Virus record (IMG/VR): IMGVR_UViG_3300033145_003233
Span: 310,001-374,000 of that record
Direction: 5' to 3' (one strand)
Length of the DNA: 64,000 bases
Both the position numbers and the translations under genes were made by a program. A model generated the notes under the pieces. That model searched no databases. It saw nothing but the letters and a program-made list of their open reading frames with translations, and had not been told where the DNA came from. Below are positions 1 through 9,912 of this stretch, in pieces; within the stretch, counting starts at the first letter, position 1; every line of letters starts with the position of its first letter.

Positions 1-457
1 GGCAAATCATCACGTTTCGCGAAGGTGTTTCTTCTACTACTTCTTCTTCTTCTTTCTCCCATCCCCGTATCCCCGCCTTACCTGAAGCAACGCCCGCTAT
101 GATACACCACGCATTTCTCTCCCTATGTGAACCCTTTATCCATTCTTTATCAGAAGCATTGCTTGTCAAACAAGGATCTCCTTTGACATTATATTTAGCG
201 GTAAAAATGCCATTAATTCTCAACCTTTCGAATGCATGACGAAGAGAATCATTCTGACCTGGTATATCTAAATGTTTTGATAGAGAAAATAAATTAGCTT
301 GCACTCCCTCTATAACAGATATGACACAAGCTATGCCAAGACACCCCTCCCAATCTGAATCTGATAATTGAGCGTACTCCTCAATTCCACAAATAGTTTT
401 TAAAAGAGGCTCGTACCTTTTTAGTCCATTGAAATTTCTACTCATTCTTTCCCCCAT
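1..457 (-). CDS. Hypothetical protein, truncated by the left window edge
   Basis: Not in ORF track. Read by eye from ATG at 457 (MGERMSRNFNGLKRYEPLLK...), open to position 1. Confidence 0.6.
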   Translation of the reverse strand, partial: MGERMSRNFNGLKRYEPLLKTICGIEEYAQLSDSDWEGCLGIACVISVIEGVQANLFSLSKHLDIPGQNDSLRHAFERLRINGIFTAKYNVKGDPCLTSNASDKEWIKGSHRERNAWCIIAGVASGKAGIRGWEKEEEEVVEETPSRNVMIC

Positions 458-484
458 GGAAATTTAAATTTTACTATCGTTGAT

Positions 485-1393
485 CTAATCTATGGCAAGG
501 TCTACTGGCAACATCGATAGAAACTTTTCATCCCTATTGATTACCCCCGCAACCGCCTCCATATAGAGCTTCCAAACTTTCTTCACATCTGGTTTATCGC
601 GAAGAACAGATTTAGGACGCATCTCTTCTGCTTTTTTAACTACTTCATCATGAAGCACTTCAAGTTCTTCCTTAGTATATTTTCCAGCTCTAATATCCAA
701 AAGTTCTTGAGCATTAGGCCTTGGAAAAGTCATCGTTCCAGTTTCCATTAATTCTGTAAGTTGTTGAACAAGACGAATAGAGTGAGCAGCACTTTTACGA
801 CAGAAACCGTATTTTTCAATATCTGCTTTTCTCTTAGCTCCAAGTCCGGTCATAGAGGAGATACATTTCTTTTCATCTACAGAATTAAGAATGTCAATAA
901 TTTGATCTATCTTTTCTTTCTTGAGCTGCCAATGACTACGAACATCATTAATAACTTCTTTTTTACTTTTATTAAATCTAGTAGAAACCAGTTTAACAGC
1001 CATAGCCTTACGCCATTCACCTGTACTATATCCCATAATCCTACCATAGATAGCATTACTGATGATATGTTCCTTTAACTCCATAATAACTTTTCCCAGA
1101 GGAGTCACAATCTTAATATGTTCAGTAGGCGCAAAAAATAATTCTGAGCATTGAGGATCTCCCTTAAGAACAAGCCTAATAAAAGCTAAAATGCTATAAA
1201 TCTTGGTGTCCCCTTCCATTTCTTGACTATCAAATTTCTTTACCCCAATAAGATAAGGAAAGGGAGGAGCTACAAACCCTCTTAGATCGTAATCTGACGT
1301 AGGAGTGGCCATGCCATAAAGATAGCTGCCAGACTCACAAAGGAAATCTGGGTTAGCTAAAGCAATTTGTAGTAATTCTTCGTCTTTTTTCAT
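485..1393 (-). CDS. Predicted nucleotidyltransferase (Pol-beta superfamily, phage Nuc-transf/RlaP-like)
   Basis: GSYLYGMATPTSDYDLRG (GS...DxD) motif; C-terminal K.AAH.IRL...ELMETG...RPNA..LLDIRAG block. Confidence 0.8.
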   Translation of the reverse strand: MKKDEELLQIALANPDFLCESGSYLYGMATPTSDYDLRGFVAPPFPYLIGVKKFDSQEMEGDTKIYSILAFIRLVLKGDPQCSELFFAPTEHIKIVTPLGKVIMELKEHIISNAIYGRIMGYSTGEWRKAMAVKLVSTRFNKSKKEVINDVRSHWQLKKEKIDQIIDILNSVDEKKCISSMTGLGAKRKADIEKYGFCRKSAAHSIRLVQQLTELMETGTMTFPRPNAQELLDIRAGKYTKEELEVLHDEVVKKAEEMRPKSVLRDKPDVKKVWKLYMEAVAGVINRDEKFLSMLPVDLAID

Positions 1394-1409
1394 TTTCTCT
1401 ATTTTCTTT

Positions 1410-1437
1410 AGGATACACTAAAATCTTTCACTTTCAA
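1410..1437 (-). promoter_or_regulatory. Candidate sigma70-like promoter for the nucleotidyltransferase
   Basis: Minus strand TTGAAA-N16-TATCCT, 17 nt upstream of the ATG at 1393. Confidence 0.4.
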
Positions 1438-1482
1438 CTACTTTTTAAAAAAAACATTTGTCTGGAAATTTAGATTATTATC

Positions 1483-1944
1483 TTATCCAAATATCTGACC
1501 TATTTCAGGTATCTCATCATCCATGATTTCCAGGATTAAAGTCCCCTCTTCTTCTTCATAAGTATTTTCACCTGGATAAACCGTGAAAACTACTTGCGTC
1601 TTCATCTCTATCTTATTGTACTTCAATTCTACATCTCTAATAGTATTCTCTATAGTAGGAGCATCAGTTACAGCAGACGCAAAAGTAAGTTTCTTTTTAG
1701 TCATCTGAACTTTATTTATTATAGAATAAATATCTGCCATAAATATCTTATTCCTTCTTTTCCTCTTTTTCTTCTTTGTTCTTTTCTTTCTAACATTTTT
1801 TACAACCTTCTTCTTACGTCTTGTAACAGCCTTTTTCTTAGTTTTTCTTTTTACAACTTTCTTCTTTTTCTGTTTCTTTAATTTTACACTCTTTTTTTTC
1901 ACTTTGATAGTTCTTTTTTTTATTTTTTTCTTAGTTTTTTTCAC
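1483..1944 (-). CDS. Hypothetical protein with extremely Lys/Arg-rich N-terminal half and acidic C-terminus
   Basis: About 65 residues dominated by K/R; GTG start overlaps the upstream TGA (GTGA). Confidence 0.6.
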   Translation of the reverse strand: MKKTKKKIKKRTIKVKKKSVKLKKQKKKKVVKRKTKKKAVTRRKKKVVKNVRKKRTKKKKRKRRNKIFMADIYSIINKVQMTKKKLTFASAVTDAPTIENTIRDVELKYNKIEMKTQVVFTVYPGENTYEEEEGTLILEIMDDEIPEIGQIFG

Positions 1945-2195
1945 TCATACTCCCCCAGTCCTTCGCAGTTATCAGCCCTAGCAGACATTTTTTCAGCAAT
2001 TGCCATTTGATCCAATTTCTCTTTAGCAGGGCTTTTTTTCATACATACATAACCTATGCTCGACAATGACAGATATCGACATGTTTCATGTTGATGATAT
2101 ATTTTACAGACAGCATCCAGATGTGCCTTAGGAATTTTTCTACTCTCATCCAGTAGATAATCATTCAACTGATTTTGAAAATCTATATAATACAT
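1941..2195 (-). CDS. Small Cys-containing hypothetical protein
   Basis: 84 aa with 4 Cys (CK...CRY...C.K...DNC); coupled to neighbours by overlapping start and stop codons. Confidence 0.65.
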   Translation of the reverse strand: MYYIDFQNQLNDYLLDESRKIPKAHLDAVCKIYHQHETCRYLSLSSIGYVCMKKSPAKEKLDQMAIAEKMSARADNCEGLGEYE

Positions 2196-3019
2196 TATCT
2201 TTTAAAAATCTTTCTATATTGATTTCTATCCATTTTCTTAGGTTTCAACTTCTTTATAACATCTGATAATTTCTCTTTATCCCACAATCTATTATCGCTA
2301 CAATTATGAATGGGCACAGGGCAATTCTCATCTACCCATTTCATAGCCGCTTTGCACATTTTTAAAGTATATGGTTTATGATCTCTATTTTTGCCATAAA
2401 AATCAGTTTTCCTACCCTTACCATATTTGCAATCTGTTCCCAACAGAACTATATCTGAACATCCTAAGGCAACAGCTACCTGAACGGCCAACACCCCAGT
2501 ATTCCCCTTACCATGGAGAACTCCTATATTAGAACCAAATTTAAATTCAGTATCCAATACCCTAAAATTAATAAAAATTCTTCCCGGATCTCCCGTGGAA
2601 CTAGACATCTTTATAGCCTGTTGTCTTATTATATTTTTTTTGTCGCTATTCCAAACCTGCTTATCTTGCCACAACAAAACAGTAGGATCATAAATATAAA
2701 AAATTCTATTTGTGCCTATAGTGAAATATGGATTCAGCAACTTTAAATCTTCTCTAGCTATGCTTGGGGCATTACCTAGTATAAAAGCAACATGACCCTT
2801 TAACAGCCCATTCCACCCTGATAAGGATTTATATCTTATTCTATCCCCTGTTTCCCATTTGCCAAGAATCGATGAAGTAATTTTTAACTTATTTTTCTTC
2901 TTAGGTCTGGTTTTCGTTATTGGGATAATATCTCTTTTCCTGGTTTTTTTTGATTTCTTGCTTTTTCTACCTCTAGGAGATATTTTTAAATCAGATATTT
3001 TTTTCCTATTCGGGTGCAT
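2195..3019 (-). CDS. Maf/MptE-like (GT42/GT29-related) ulosonic-acid transferase with basic N-terminal extension
   Basis: FILGNAPSI...TIGTNRI...ALGCSDIVLLGTD motifs. Confidence 0.7.
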   Translation of the reverse strand: MHPNRKKISDLKISPRGRKSKKSKKTRKRDIIPITKTRPKKKNKLKITSSILGKWETGDRIRYKSLSGWNGLLKGHVAFILGNAPSIAREDLKLLNPYFTIGTNRIFYIYDPTVLLWQDKQVWNSDKKNIIRQQAIKMSSSTGDPGRIFINFRVLDTEFKFGSNIGVLHGKGNTGVLAVQVAVALGCSDIVLLGTDCKYGKGRKTDFYGKNRDHKPYTLKMCKAAMKWVDENCPVPIHNCSDNRLWDKEKLSDVIKKLKPKKMDRNQYRKIFKR

Positions 3020-3028
3020 CTTTTCCTA

Positions 3029-3997
3029 TCATATAATCTTTCTAAAATAATCTATTGTCATATCCATTCCTTCCTCAAGCTTAATATCCGGGAACCAATC
3101 AATTAGTTCAATAGCAAGCTCTATATCAGGATTCCTTCTTTGAGGATCATCTTCTGGCAAACTCCTATAAACTATCTTAGACTTACTATTCGTCATTAGA
3201 ATTATCTTATGAGCTAACTCCAGAATATTTATTTCATGAGGATTACCCAGATTAATAGGGCCAGTTATATCCTTCTTAGATTCCATTAGTTTTATCATTC
3301 CCCATACTGTATCATCCACATAACAAAAACTTCTAGTTTGTTTCCCCTCTCCATATATAGTGATATCCTCGTCCCTTAAAGATTGAACTATAAAATTACT
3401 CACTACTCTTCCATCATTAATAGACATATTAGATCCATATGTATTAAAAATTCTAGCCACTTTAATTTCTAAACCATATTGTCTATGATAATCAAAGAAC
3501 AAAGTCTCCGCACAACGCTTCCCCTCATCGTAACAAGATCTGATACCTATAGGATTAACATTCCCCCAATATGTTTCTATCTGAGGAGAGATAAGTGGAT
3601 CTCCATATATTTCGCTAGTAGATGCTTGTAAAACCTTAGCTCCTGTTTTTCTAGCAGATTCCAGAACATTAATAGTCCCCTGCACATTAGTCTTTATAGT
3701 TTTAACTGGATCATATTGATAATAAAAAGGAGAAGCAGGACAAGCAAGATTATATATCTCATCTGCCTCAATAATAAAAGGATCACATATATCGTGTCTT
3801 ATTATCTCAAAATTATCCAACCGGCATAAATGATCGATATTTCTTTTACTACCTGTAAAAAAATTATCCAGACAAATAACGTCATTTCCCTTTTCTAGCA
3901 AAATTTCGCAGAGGTGAGAACCTATAAACCCACCTCCCCCAGTCACTAAGCTTATTTTATTCATGGCCTTCATCGTCCTGTTTATCTCCCTCTCCAA
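3029..3997 (-). CDS. uxs: UDP-glucuronate decarboxylase (UDP-xylose synthase)
   Basis: [46 protein letters not shown]. True start probably near 3973. Confidence 0.92.
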   Translation of the reverse strand: MEREINRTMKAMNKISLVTGGGGFIGSHLCEILLEKGNDVICLDNFFTGSKRNIDHLCRLDNFEIIRHDICDPFIIEADEIYNLACPASPFYYQYDPVKTIKTNVQGTINVLESARKTGAKVLQASTSEIYGDPLISPQIETYWGNVNPIGIRSCYDEGKRCAETLFFDYHRQYGLEIKVARIFNTYGSNMSINDGRVVSNFIVQSLRDEDITIYGEGKQTRSFCYVDDTVWGMIKLMESKKDITGPINLGNPHEINILELAHKIILMTNSKSKIVYRSLPEDDPQRRNPDIELAIELIDWFPDIKLEEGMDMTIDYFRKII

Positions 3998-4415
3998 ACA
4001 TACTTATTTTCCAATCCTTGAACTCTTCAGCCAAACAATCTGTTTTCCAGTCTAACCTCTCTTCTGGGCCAATCAAGCTACTAATAAAATTCTGAGATCT
4101 ATTTCTTATACCATTTAAACCATGAGTTAATTTTAAAAGATGTAAATCCTGATCATCTTTTCCCTGTCTAACTTTAGATTCATTATACCAAATATGAGCA
4201 TTTATCTGGGCCAATACTACAACCGCCCTTATTAAATCTCCAGAAATTTTAATGTCTTTTTCTTTTATAATATGATCTAAATCATTAACAATGTGTTTCA
4301 TCTCTTTACCATAAGTCTCTTTACGCTCAGTAATAAAAACTTCTTTTAATTGATGTATAGTTAATCTATCTATTAATTCCGAAAATGTAGGAAGAAATTT
4401 TCTAACCATCTCCAC
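3957..4415 (-). CDS. DUF6165/DUF4254-like helical protein, paralog 1
   Basis: [15 protein letters not shown]...LAQINAHIW...[10 protein letters not shown]; shared with 8059-8502 and 8484-8906. Confidence 0.6.
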   Translation of the reverse strand: MEMVRKFLPTFSELIDRLTIHQLKEVFITERKETYGKEMKHIVNDLDHIIKEKDIKISGDLIRAVVVLAQINAHIWYNESKVRQGKDDQDLHLLKLTHGLNGIRNRSQNFISSLIGPEERLDWKTDCLAEEFKDWKISMFGEGDKQDDEGHE

Positions 4416-4434
4416 CCTCCTTATAAATAATTTA

Positions 4435-5388
4435 TTATTTTTTTATTCTTTTATACCATTCTACTGTTTTTCTTATACCTTCTTCTAATGATGTTTGAGG
4501 ATTAAACCCCAACATTTTTATGGCCTTATCAATATTTATTGCTCTCCTGGGAATCATAGTGGGCTTAGATTTATCAAAAACGATATTAGCATTTTCATAT
4601 CCATCTATTTTCAGAATTACATCCAATGTTTTTTTAATAGTATGAGATTCACCAGATGCTAAATTAATAATATCAAAACCATCTACTTTCTCCATGGCCA
4701 GAATTAGTCCATCTACCATATCAGATATATAGGTTATATCTTTAGAATCAAGACCATCGCCCCAAACTCCTATAGGATCATGTCTCTCTACAACTCTTCT
4801 TATCAAAGCTGCTGTAGAATGTGATGTTTCCCATTCATAATCATCATATTCTCCGTACAAATTACCCACTCGTGCAACAATAGTAGTCATAGGATTTTTA
4901 ATTTTGGTAGAGTACATTTCGCACATAACTTCTGAAAACTTTTTCATAGATGCCACGCAAAAATATTTATGAAAAAATTCTCCATTATCATCCTCTTCCT
5001 TAAGGGGAAAATCTACCAATGGATAAACTGTAGTACTACTAACAAATAAAAACTTCTTCACTTTGGCATGATAAGCTGCTTCTAGCATTAAAGTGTTTAT
5101 CAGTACATTAGGAGTGACATGTGCTAATGGATTATATTCCATTACGGCTGCTCCAGACGTATTGGCGGCACACATAAAAACATAATCCTGATTTTTACAA
5201 ATCTTATTACAAAAATTCTTATCTGTCAAATCCCCCCATACAAAAGAAATATTTTCATTTTCGAATTGAGGACCTTTACGATGTAAAGTTGCCTTAACAT
5301 TAGCCCCTAGATCTACTAATCTTTTAATTAAATTTGTTCCTATAAAACCACTTCCACCAGTTACTAGTATCTTCTTACCTTTTAACAT
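4435..5388 (-). CDS. NAD-dependent epimerase/reductase (GDP-fucose-synthase-like extended SDR)
   Basis: TGGSGFIG, NLYGEYD, VWGDG; VASMK where YxxxK is expected. Confidence 0.85.
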   Translation of the reverse strand: MLKGKKILVTGGSGFIGTNLIKRLVDLGANVKATLHRKGPQFENENISFVWGDLTDKNFCNKICKNQDYVFMCAANTSGAAVMEYNPLAHVTPNVLINTLMLEAAYHAKVKKFLFVSSTTVYPLVDFPLKEEDDNGEFFHKYFCVASMKKFSEVMCEMYSTKIKNPMTTIVARVGNLYGEYDDYEWETSHSTAALIRRVVERHDPIGVWGDGLDSKDITYISDMVDGLILAMEKVDGFDIINLASGESHTIKKTLDVILKIDGYENANIVFDKSKPTMIPRRAINIDKAIKMLGFNPQTSLEEGIRKTVEWYKRIKK

Positions 5389-5400
5389 TTTAACTCCTTA

Positions 5401-5931
5401 TTAAGTTATTTCCCCTGTCATGTCTCTTTTAGACAAAATGGGATCAGATATAGGCCACCAAACATTAAAACGAGGATCATCATACTTTACTGTAAATTGA
5501 TTAGCCATACCCTTATAAATACAAGATTGCTTATAAAAGAACATTGCCTCTTCACTCATGACTACATATCCATTCCCATGTTTTGGAGGGATCAAGAGTT
5601 GTTTTTTATTTTCTCCGCTTAATACAAAAGGTTGATACTTTCCAAAATTAGAAGAATCTTTATCATAATTTAAAACATTAACATACATTCTGCCATATAA
5701 ACATGTTACTAATTTCCATGTCCTATCATCACCATGAAAGCCCCTCAAAACATGACGAGAAGACACGGCAATATTATCTTCTAAGAATTCTATTTCTTCA
5801 CCTACAGCTTCTTTTATAGCTTTTGTATAATCTATTTTATTATATAGCTCTTCATAGGTTCCCCTATGATCCTCAAAACTAGAACGATCAAATAAAAAAA
5901 CATTATCCATACTTGTAGTTTGTGCTATCAT
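5401..5931 (-). CDS. RmlC-like NDP-4-keto-6-deoxysugar 3,5-epimerase
   Basis: FEDHRG, VLRGFHGD, LLIPPKHGNG, WPISDPILSKRD. Confidence 0.9.
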   Translation of the reverse strand: MIAQTTSMDNVFLFDRSSFEDHRGTYEELYNKIDYTKAIKEAVGEEIEFLEDNIAVSSRHVLRGFHGDDRTWKLVTCLYGRMYVNVLNYDKDSSNFGKYQPFVLSGENKKQLLIPPKHGNGYVVMSEEAMFFYKQSCIYKGMANQFTVKYDDPRFNVWWPISDPILSKRDMTGEIT

Positions 5932-5933
5932 AT

Positions 5934-6929
5934 TTAAACAACCTCCTCTGCAAAATAATTCTTTCTACTTTTATATTCTTCAGAATTGTCAACAAACCAT
6001 TCCCAAGTTTTTCTCAAGCCTTCCTCTAATGATGTAGATGGTTCATAATGAATCAGTTTTTTAGCAAGAGATATATCCATTACTCTTTTAGGGAAACCTG
6101 AGGGTTTAGTAGTATCAAACTCATAATTAAAGTTTAAAAAACTTTTCAAGGTTTCTACTAATTCTCTAATAGTAACACCTCTCCCACTCCCTAGATTAAC
6201 AAATTTACTATCTGTTCCATAATATAAAGCTTGAATTATTCCTTCTGCGACATCTCTACTGTAAGCAAAATCTCTAATGGCAGAACCGTCGCCCCATATA
6301 ACAACAGGATCTTCCTTGTTATAAATTCTCTGCATAAGAGTAGGAATAACCATAGCGTTCTCAGGATCAAAGTTGTCTCCTGGTCCATAAATATTGGCTG
6401 GCCTAACAATAGCAAAATTCTTCAAACCATATTGAATGTCATAGGCTTCAATTTGTTTTTCTGCCATTCTCTTTGCCCATCCTGGAAACATATCCATAGG
6501 AGGACCATCGAGATTATTATCTTCTTTAAATACCTCTGCGCTTGAATATGCTCCCACAGAGCTAGTGTACACAATCTTTTTCACATTATTATAACGACAA
6601 GCCTCTAACACATTCGTATTCATCATAAGCAATGGAACAAAAAAGCTAGCCGGTTTTTCTTTTGTTACTTTTACAGACCCCTTAATCCCCGCGATATGAA
6701 AGACATAATCAACATCTTTAGTCCATTTCAAACATAAAACATAATCATTCAAATCACCTACTATATGATGAGCGCCTGGAACTCTTATGTTATGATCTAA
6801 AGACACAATAGAAACCTTAGCACCAGCATCTATCAATATCTTAACAACCTGTCGGCCTATTAAACCCGTTCCTCCGGTCACTAAACATTTCTTATCTCTA
6901 AAACTTTCTAAAATATCTTTCTCGATCAT
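5934..6929 (-). CDS. NAD-dependent epimerase/reductase (extended SDR)
   Basis: TGGTGLIG, RPANIYGPGDNF, IWGDGSAIRDF; PGWAK where YxxxK is expected. Confidence 0.85.
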   Translation of the reverse strand: MIEKDILESFRDKKCLVTGGTGLIGRQVVKILIDAGAKVSIVSLDHNIRVPGAHHIVGDLNDYVLCLKWTKDVDYVFHIAGIKGSVKVTKEKPASFFVPLLMMNTNVLEACRYNNVKKIVYTSSVGAYSSAEVFKEDNNLDGPPMDMFPGWAKRMAEKQIEAYDIQYGLKNFAIVRPANIYGPGDNFDPENAMVIPTLMQRIYNKEDPVVIWGDGSAIRDFAYSRDVAEGIIQALYYGTDSKFVNLGSGRGVTIRELVETLKSFLNFNYEFDTTKPSGFPKRVMDISLAKKLIHYEPSTSLEEGLRKTWEWFVDNSEEYKSRKNYFAEEVV

Positions 6930-6941
6930 ATTGATATCCTA

Positions 6942-8069
6942 CTATTTCTTTCTTACATTAACTAGAATCGGCTCTTTCCAATCAAAAGCTATAACCCATG
7001 CCCAATAACGAACTCTGCCCTCTATTAACTCATAGTCATAAAATCCTGTAGGGTCATCAATGGGAGAAACTTTAACTGGATTACATTTTTTATCTTCTTT
7101 TATTCTTTCAGACAACTCAACAGGACTAGGAGCAAATTTCATATCATTAGCTACAGCTTCTTCCACTGTCTTATATACTTTTCTATTACCTCTTCCTCCA
7201 TCATCAACTCTTATTTTTTCTGGATACACATATATTTTTTCTTTCTTAAAGACCCTGCCTATATCAGAAAAATCTTTTTCTGACATATCAAAATCAGAAG
7301 CTCTAGAATTATCTTCAATATGAGAGATATTAGTACTAGCAGGAATAGCCACTACTGAATCATTATGAGTTAACCAATTTAAAATAAGCTGAACAGAAGT
7401 TATGTCGTATTTGTCTATATATTTCTCAAAGATAATTTTTTCTTTATTATTGCCATAAAATTGTCCCTGATCTAAAGGGCTATAAGCTATCAGCGTGATA
7501 TCATTTTTGTCGCAATAAGAAAGAATTTCTTCCTCCACCCCTCTTTCAAAGAGATTATATTCAAGTTGCATAGAAACAATGTCATATTCAAAATTATTAC
7601 GAGCTTTTACAAACTCTTTAAAAGAAAAATTACTAACACCAACATGTTTAATTTTACCTTCCCTAATAAGCTTACCCATAGTCCACATAGTTTCTCCTAT
7701 GGGGATTTTATAATTCGGCCAGTGGATCTGATATAGATCTATACAATCTATACGTAATCTTTTTAAGCTTTCTTCTGCCGATTTTATAACATCATTAGAA
7801 GATAAATGCTCTGGTGACACTTTTGTAGCTATAACTATTTTATCCTTTTTATGTTGTGGAATACTTCCTATAAGTTCTTCAGCATGACCATTACCATAAG
7901 ATTCAGCAGTATCAAAAAAATTAATCCCACAATCTATGGCTTTTTCTATAGCTCTTTTACATTTTTCATCATTAGAAGTATCTGGCTCTAGATAACCGCC
8001 TATCCCCATTGACCCGAAACCAATAGAGGATATATTTATATCAGTATTGCCTAATTTTTTATATTTCAT
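6942..8069 (-). CDS. Aldo/keto reductase with C-terminal ParB/Srx-like domain
   Basis: GINFFDTAESYG, IDLYQIHWP, GVSNF, IAYSPL; tail YELIEGRVRYWAW. Confidence 0.85.
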   Translation of the reverse strand: MKYKKLGNTDINISSIGFGSMGIGGYLEPDTSNDEKCKRAIEKAIDCGINFFDTAESYGNGHAEELIGSIPQHKKDKIVIATKVSPEHLSSNDVIKSAEESLKRLRIDCIDLYQIHWPNYKIPIGETMWTMGKLIREGKIKHVGVSNFSFKEFVKARNNFEYDIVSMQLEYNLFERGVEEEILSYCDKNDITLIAYSPLDQGQFYGNNKEKIIFEKYIDKYDITSVQLILNWLTHNDSVVAIPASTNISHIEDNSRASDFDMSEKDFSDIGRVFKKEKIYVYPEKIRVDDGGRGNRKVYKTVEEAVANDMKFAPSPVELSERIKEDKKCNPVKVSPIDDPTGFYDYELIEGRVRYWAWVIAFDWKEPILVNVRKK

Positions 8070-8502
8070 TTTTTCTCACATTATTAATAATATCTAAATA
8101 CCATGCATCAGGAGATATAAATGTGGCCTTTGCCCCAGGAGTAGTAAGCTCCCCAACGCTACCCGAAATCATATTCTTGATAGAATTTTTTATACCATTA
8201 TTAAATTCCTGAGATAATATAAGCTTATCCGTATAGATATCATGATTATCTTCTAATTCCATTTCGTCCTTCAGGGACCATATATGCAGATTAGCTTGTG
8301 ACATCAAAATTATCTGTCTTATTAGCTTGGGTGTTAATTTTATATCTTTCTCATCTAACACGTAATCTATATCATGCGCTAACTTTTTTATTTCTCCCGA
8401 CCAATCAGCAGATAATAACATTTCTTTTATCTGACAAATAGATAACTTATCTATTAACTCAGCAAAAGTAAAATTAACTTTTTTTACAAGCTTATCGTCC
8501 AT
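8059..8502 (-). CDS. DUF6165/DUF4254-like helical protein, paralog 2
   Basis: FAELIDKLSICQIKE...MSQANLHIW. Confidence 0.6.
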   Translation of the reverse strand: MDDKLVKKVNFTFAELIDKLSICQIKEMLLSADWSGEIKKLAHDIDYVLDEKDIKLTPKLIRQIILMSQANLHIWSLKDEMELEDNHDIYTDKLILSQEFNNGIKNSIKNMISGSVGELTTPGAKATFISPDAWYLDIINNVRKNEI

Positions 8503-8906
8503 CCTTCTAACCCATCCACATTAATATTTGTTTTAATATCAACTGTATTCGACTCATCTACTTCCTGCATAATAATATTTTTAATTCTATTTCTAATACC
8601 ATTTAACTGATGAGACAATATGAGATGCTTCCCATAATCTTCACCAGAGCTTTTTTTCATTTTCTCTTTCTCTTTCCATATATAAAGATTAATTTGAGAC
8701 AAAATAATAATTAACCTAATAAATGTTGATGATGGTTTAATATCTCTCTTTTCTAAATCTACATTTATATCATGCATTAGATAACCAATCTCTTTTTCAA
8801 AATCATCTATCTCTGCAATATTATCAACCTCTTTAATTTGCTGTATAGACAAATTATCAATCAAATCTGAAAAAGACAAATGACATTCTCTTCTACCCAC
8901 TAACAC
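8484..8906 (-). CDS. DUF6165/DUF4254-like helical protein, paralog 3
   Basis: FSDLIDNLSIQQIKE...LSQINLYIW...LSHQLNGIRN. Confidence 0.6.
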   Translation of the reverse strand: MLVGRRECHLSFSDLIDNLSIQQIKEVDNIAEIDDFEKEIGYLMHDINVDLEKRDIKPSSTFIRLIIILSQINLYIWKEKEKMKKSSGEDYGKHLILSHQLNGIRNRIKNIIMQEVDESNTVDIKTNINVDGLEGWTISL

Positions 8907-9912
8907 ACTTCCCCACTTTTCTACTAGCTATGAATTTATTATTTTTATACCATTCCATAGTCTTTTTGATGCCTTCTTCCAAATTAACTCTAGGAACAAA
9001 AGAAAGCAAGGCCTTAGCTCTATTCGTATCAAGTATTCTTATCCTGTCACCAGAAGGCTTACTACTATCCCATTTCACTTCTATCTCTTCCGGCATCAAA
9101 TCGACAAGAGTTTCAACTAATTCTTTGATAGAAATTCCTCGTCCACTTCCTAAATTTATAGGAGTACAGGGAGGAGCATCTTTACATGCCATTAAAATTC
9201 CATCTACAACATCATCTACAAATATAAAATCTCTTTCAGCAGTCCCATCTCCTGCTATTTTCATGGGGTTCTCCCCATTTACCGCTCTACTAATTAAGGC
9301 CGGAATAACCTGTGCTGTTTCGGGATCGAAATCATCATAAGGACCATATACATTTGACAATCTTACAATCCTACCTGCGTCCCATCCATATTGAAGCATA
9401 TATGCTTCCGCTTGAGCTTCTCCGACTCTCTTAGCAATCCCGGCAAATCTATCATTAGCATGGGGAGGACCATCCCAAACTGAATCTTCGTGCCGTACTG
9501 AGAGATTGGGGTATTCACAAATACTACCAACAAACAAAAACCTTTTGACATTAGCTAATCTAGAAGCTTCCATCAAATTAGTATCAGCCATCAACAATGG
9601 AACGAAAGTACTAGCAACTTTCGATTCCCCTATTTGTGTACTCCCCTTTACACAGACTAAATTAAAAACATAATCGTAATCATGAACTAGGTCCTTACAA
9701 GCTTGGAAATCAGTTAAATCTACATATAAATTATAAACATCATATCCCTTAAAAACAGCCATAACCCTTTCCACTGAATCAATAGAAGCGACTGTTACAT
9801 ATGCCCCCATATCCATAAGCCGCTTAACTAATGGAGTTCCTATAGTTCCACTTCCTCCAGCCACTAATATATTTTTATCTTTATAAAATGAAATAAGATG
9901 TTCTGGAAACAT
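8893..9912 (-). CDS. NAD-dependent epimerase/reductase (extended SDR)
   Basis: AGGSGTIG, NVYGPYDDF, GDGTAERDF; AGIAK where YxxxK is expected. Confidence 0.85.
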   Translation of the reverse strand: MFPEHLISFYKDKNILVAGGSGTIGTPLVKRLMDMGAYVTVASIDSVERVMAVFKGYDVYNLYVDLTDFQACKDLVHDYDYVFNLVCVKGSTQIGESKVASTFVPLLMADTNLMEASRLANVKRFLFVGSICEYPNLSVRHEDSVWDGPPHANDRFAGIAKRVGEAQAEAYMLQYGWDAGRIVRLSNVYGPYDDFDPETAQVIPALISRAVNGENPMKIAGDGTAERDFIFVDDVVDGILMACKDAPPCTPINLGSGRGISIKELVETLVDLMPEEIEVKWDSSKPSGDRIRILDTNRAKALLSFVPRVNLEEGIKKTMEWYKNNKFIASRKVGKCVSG

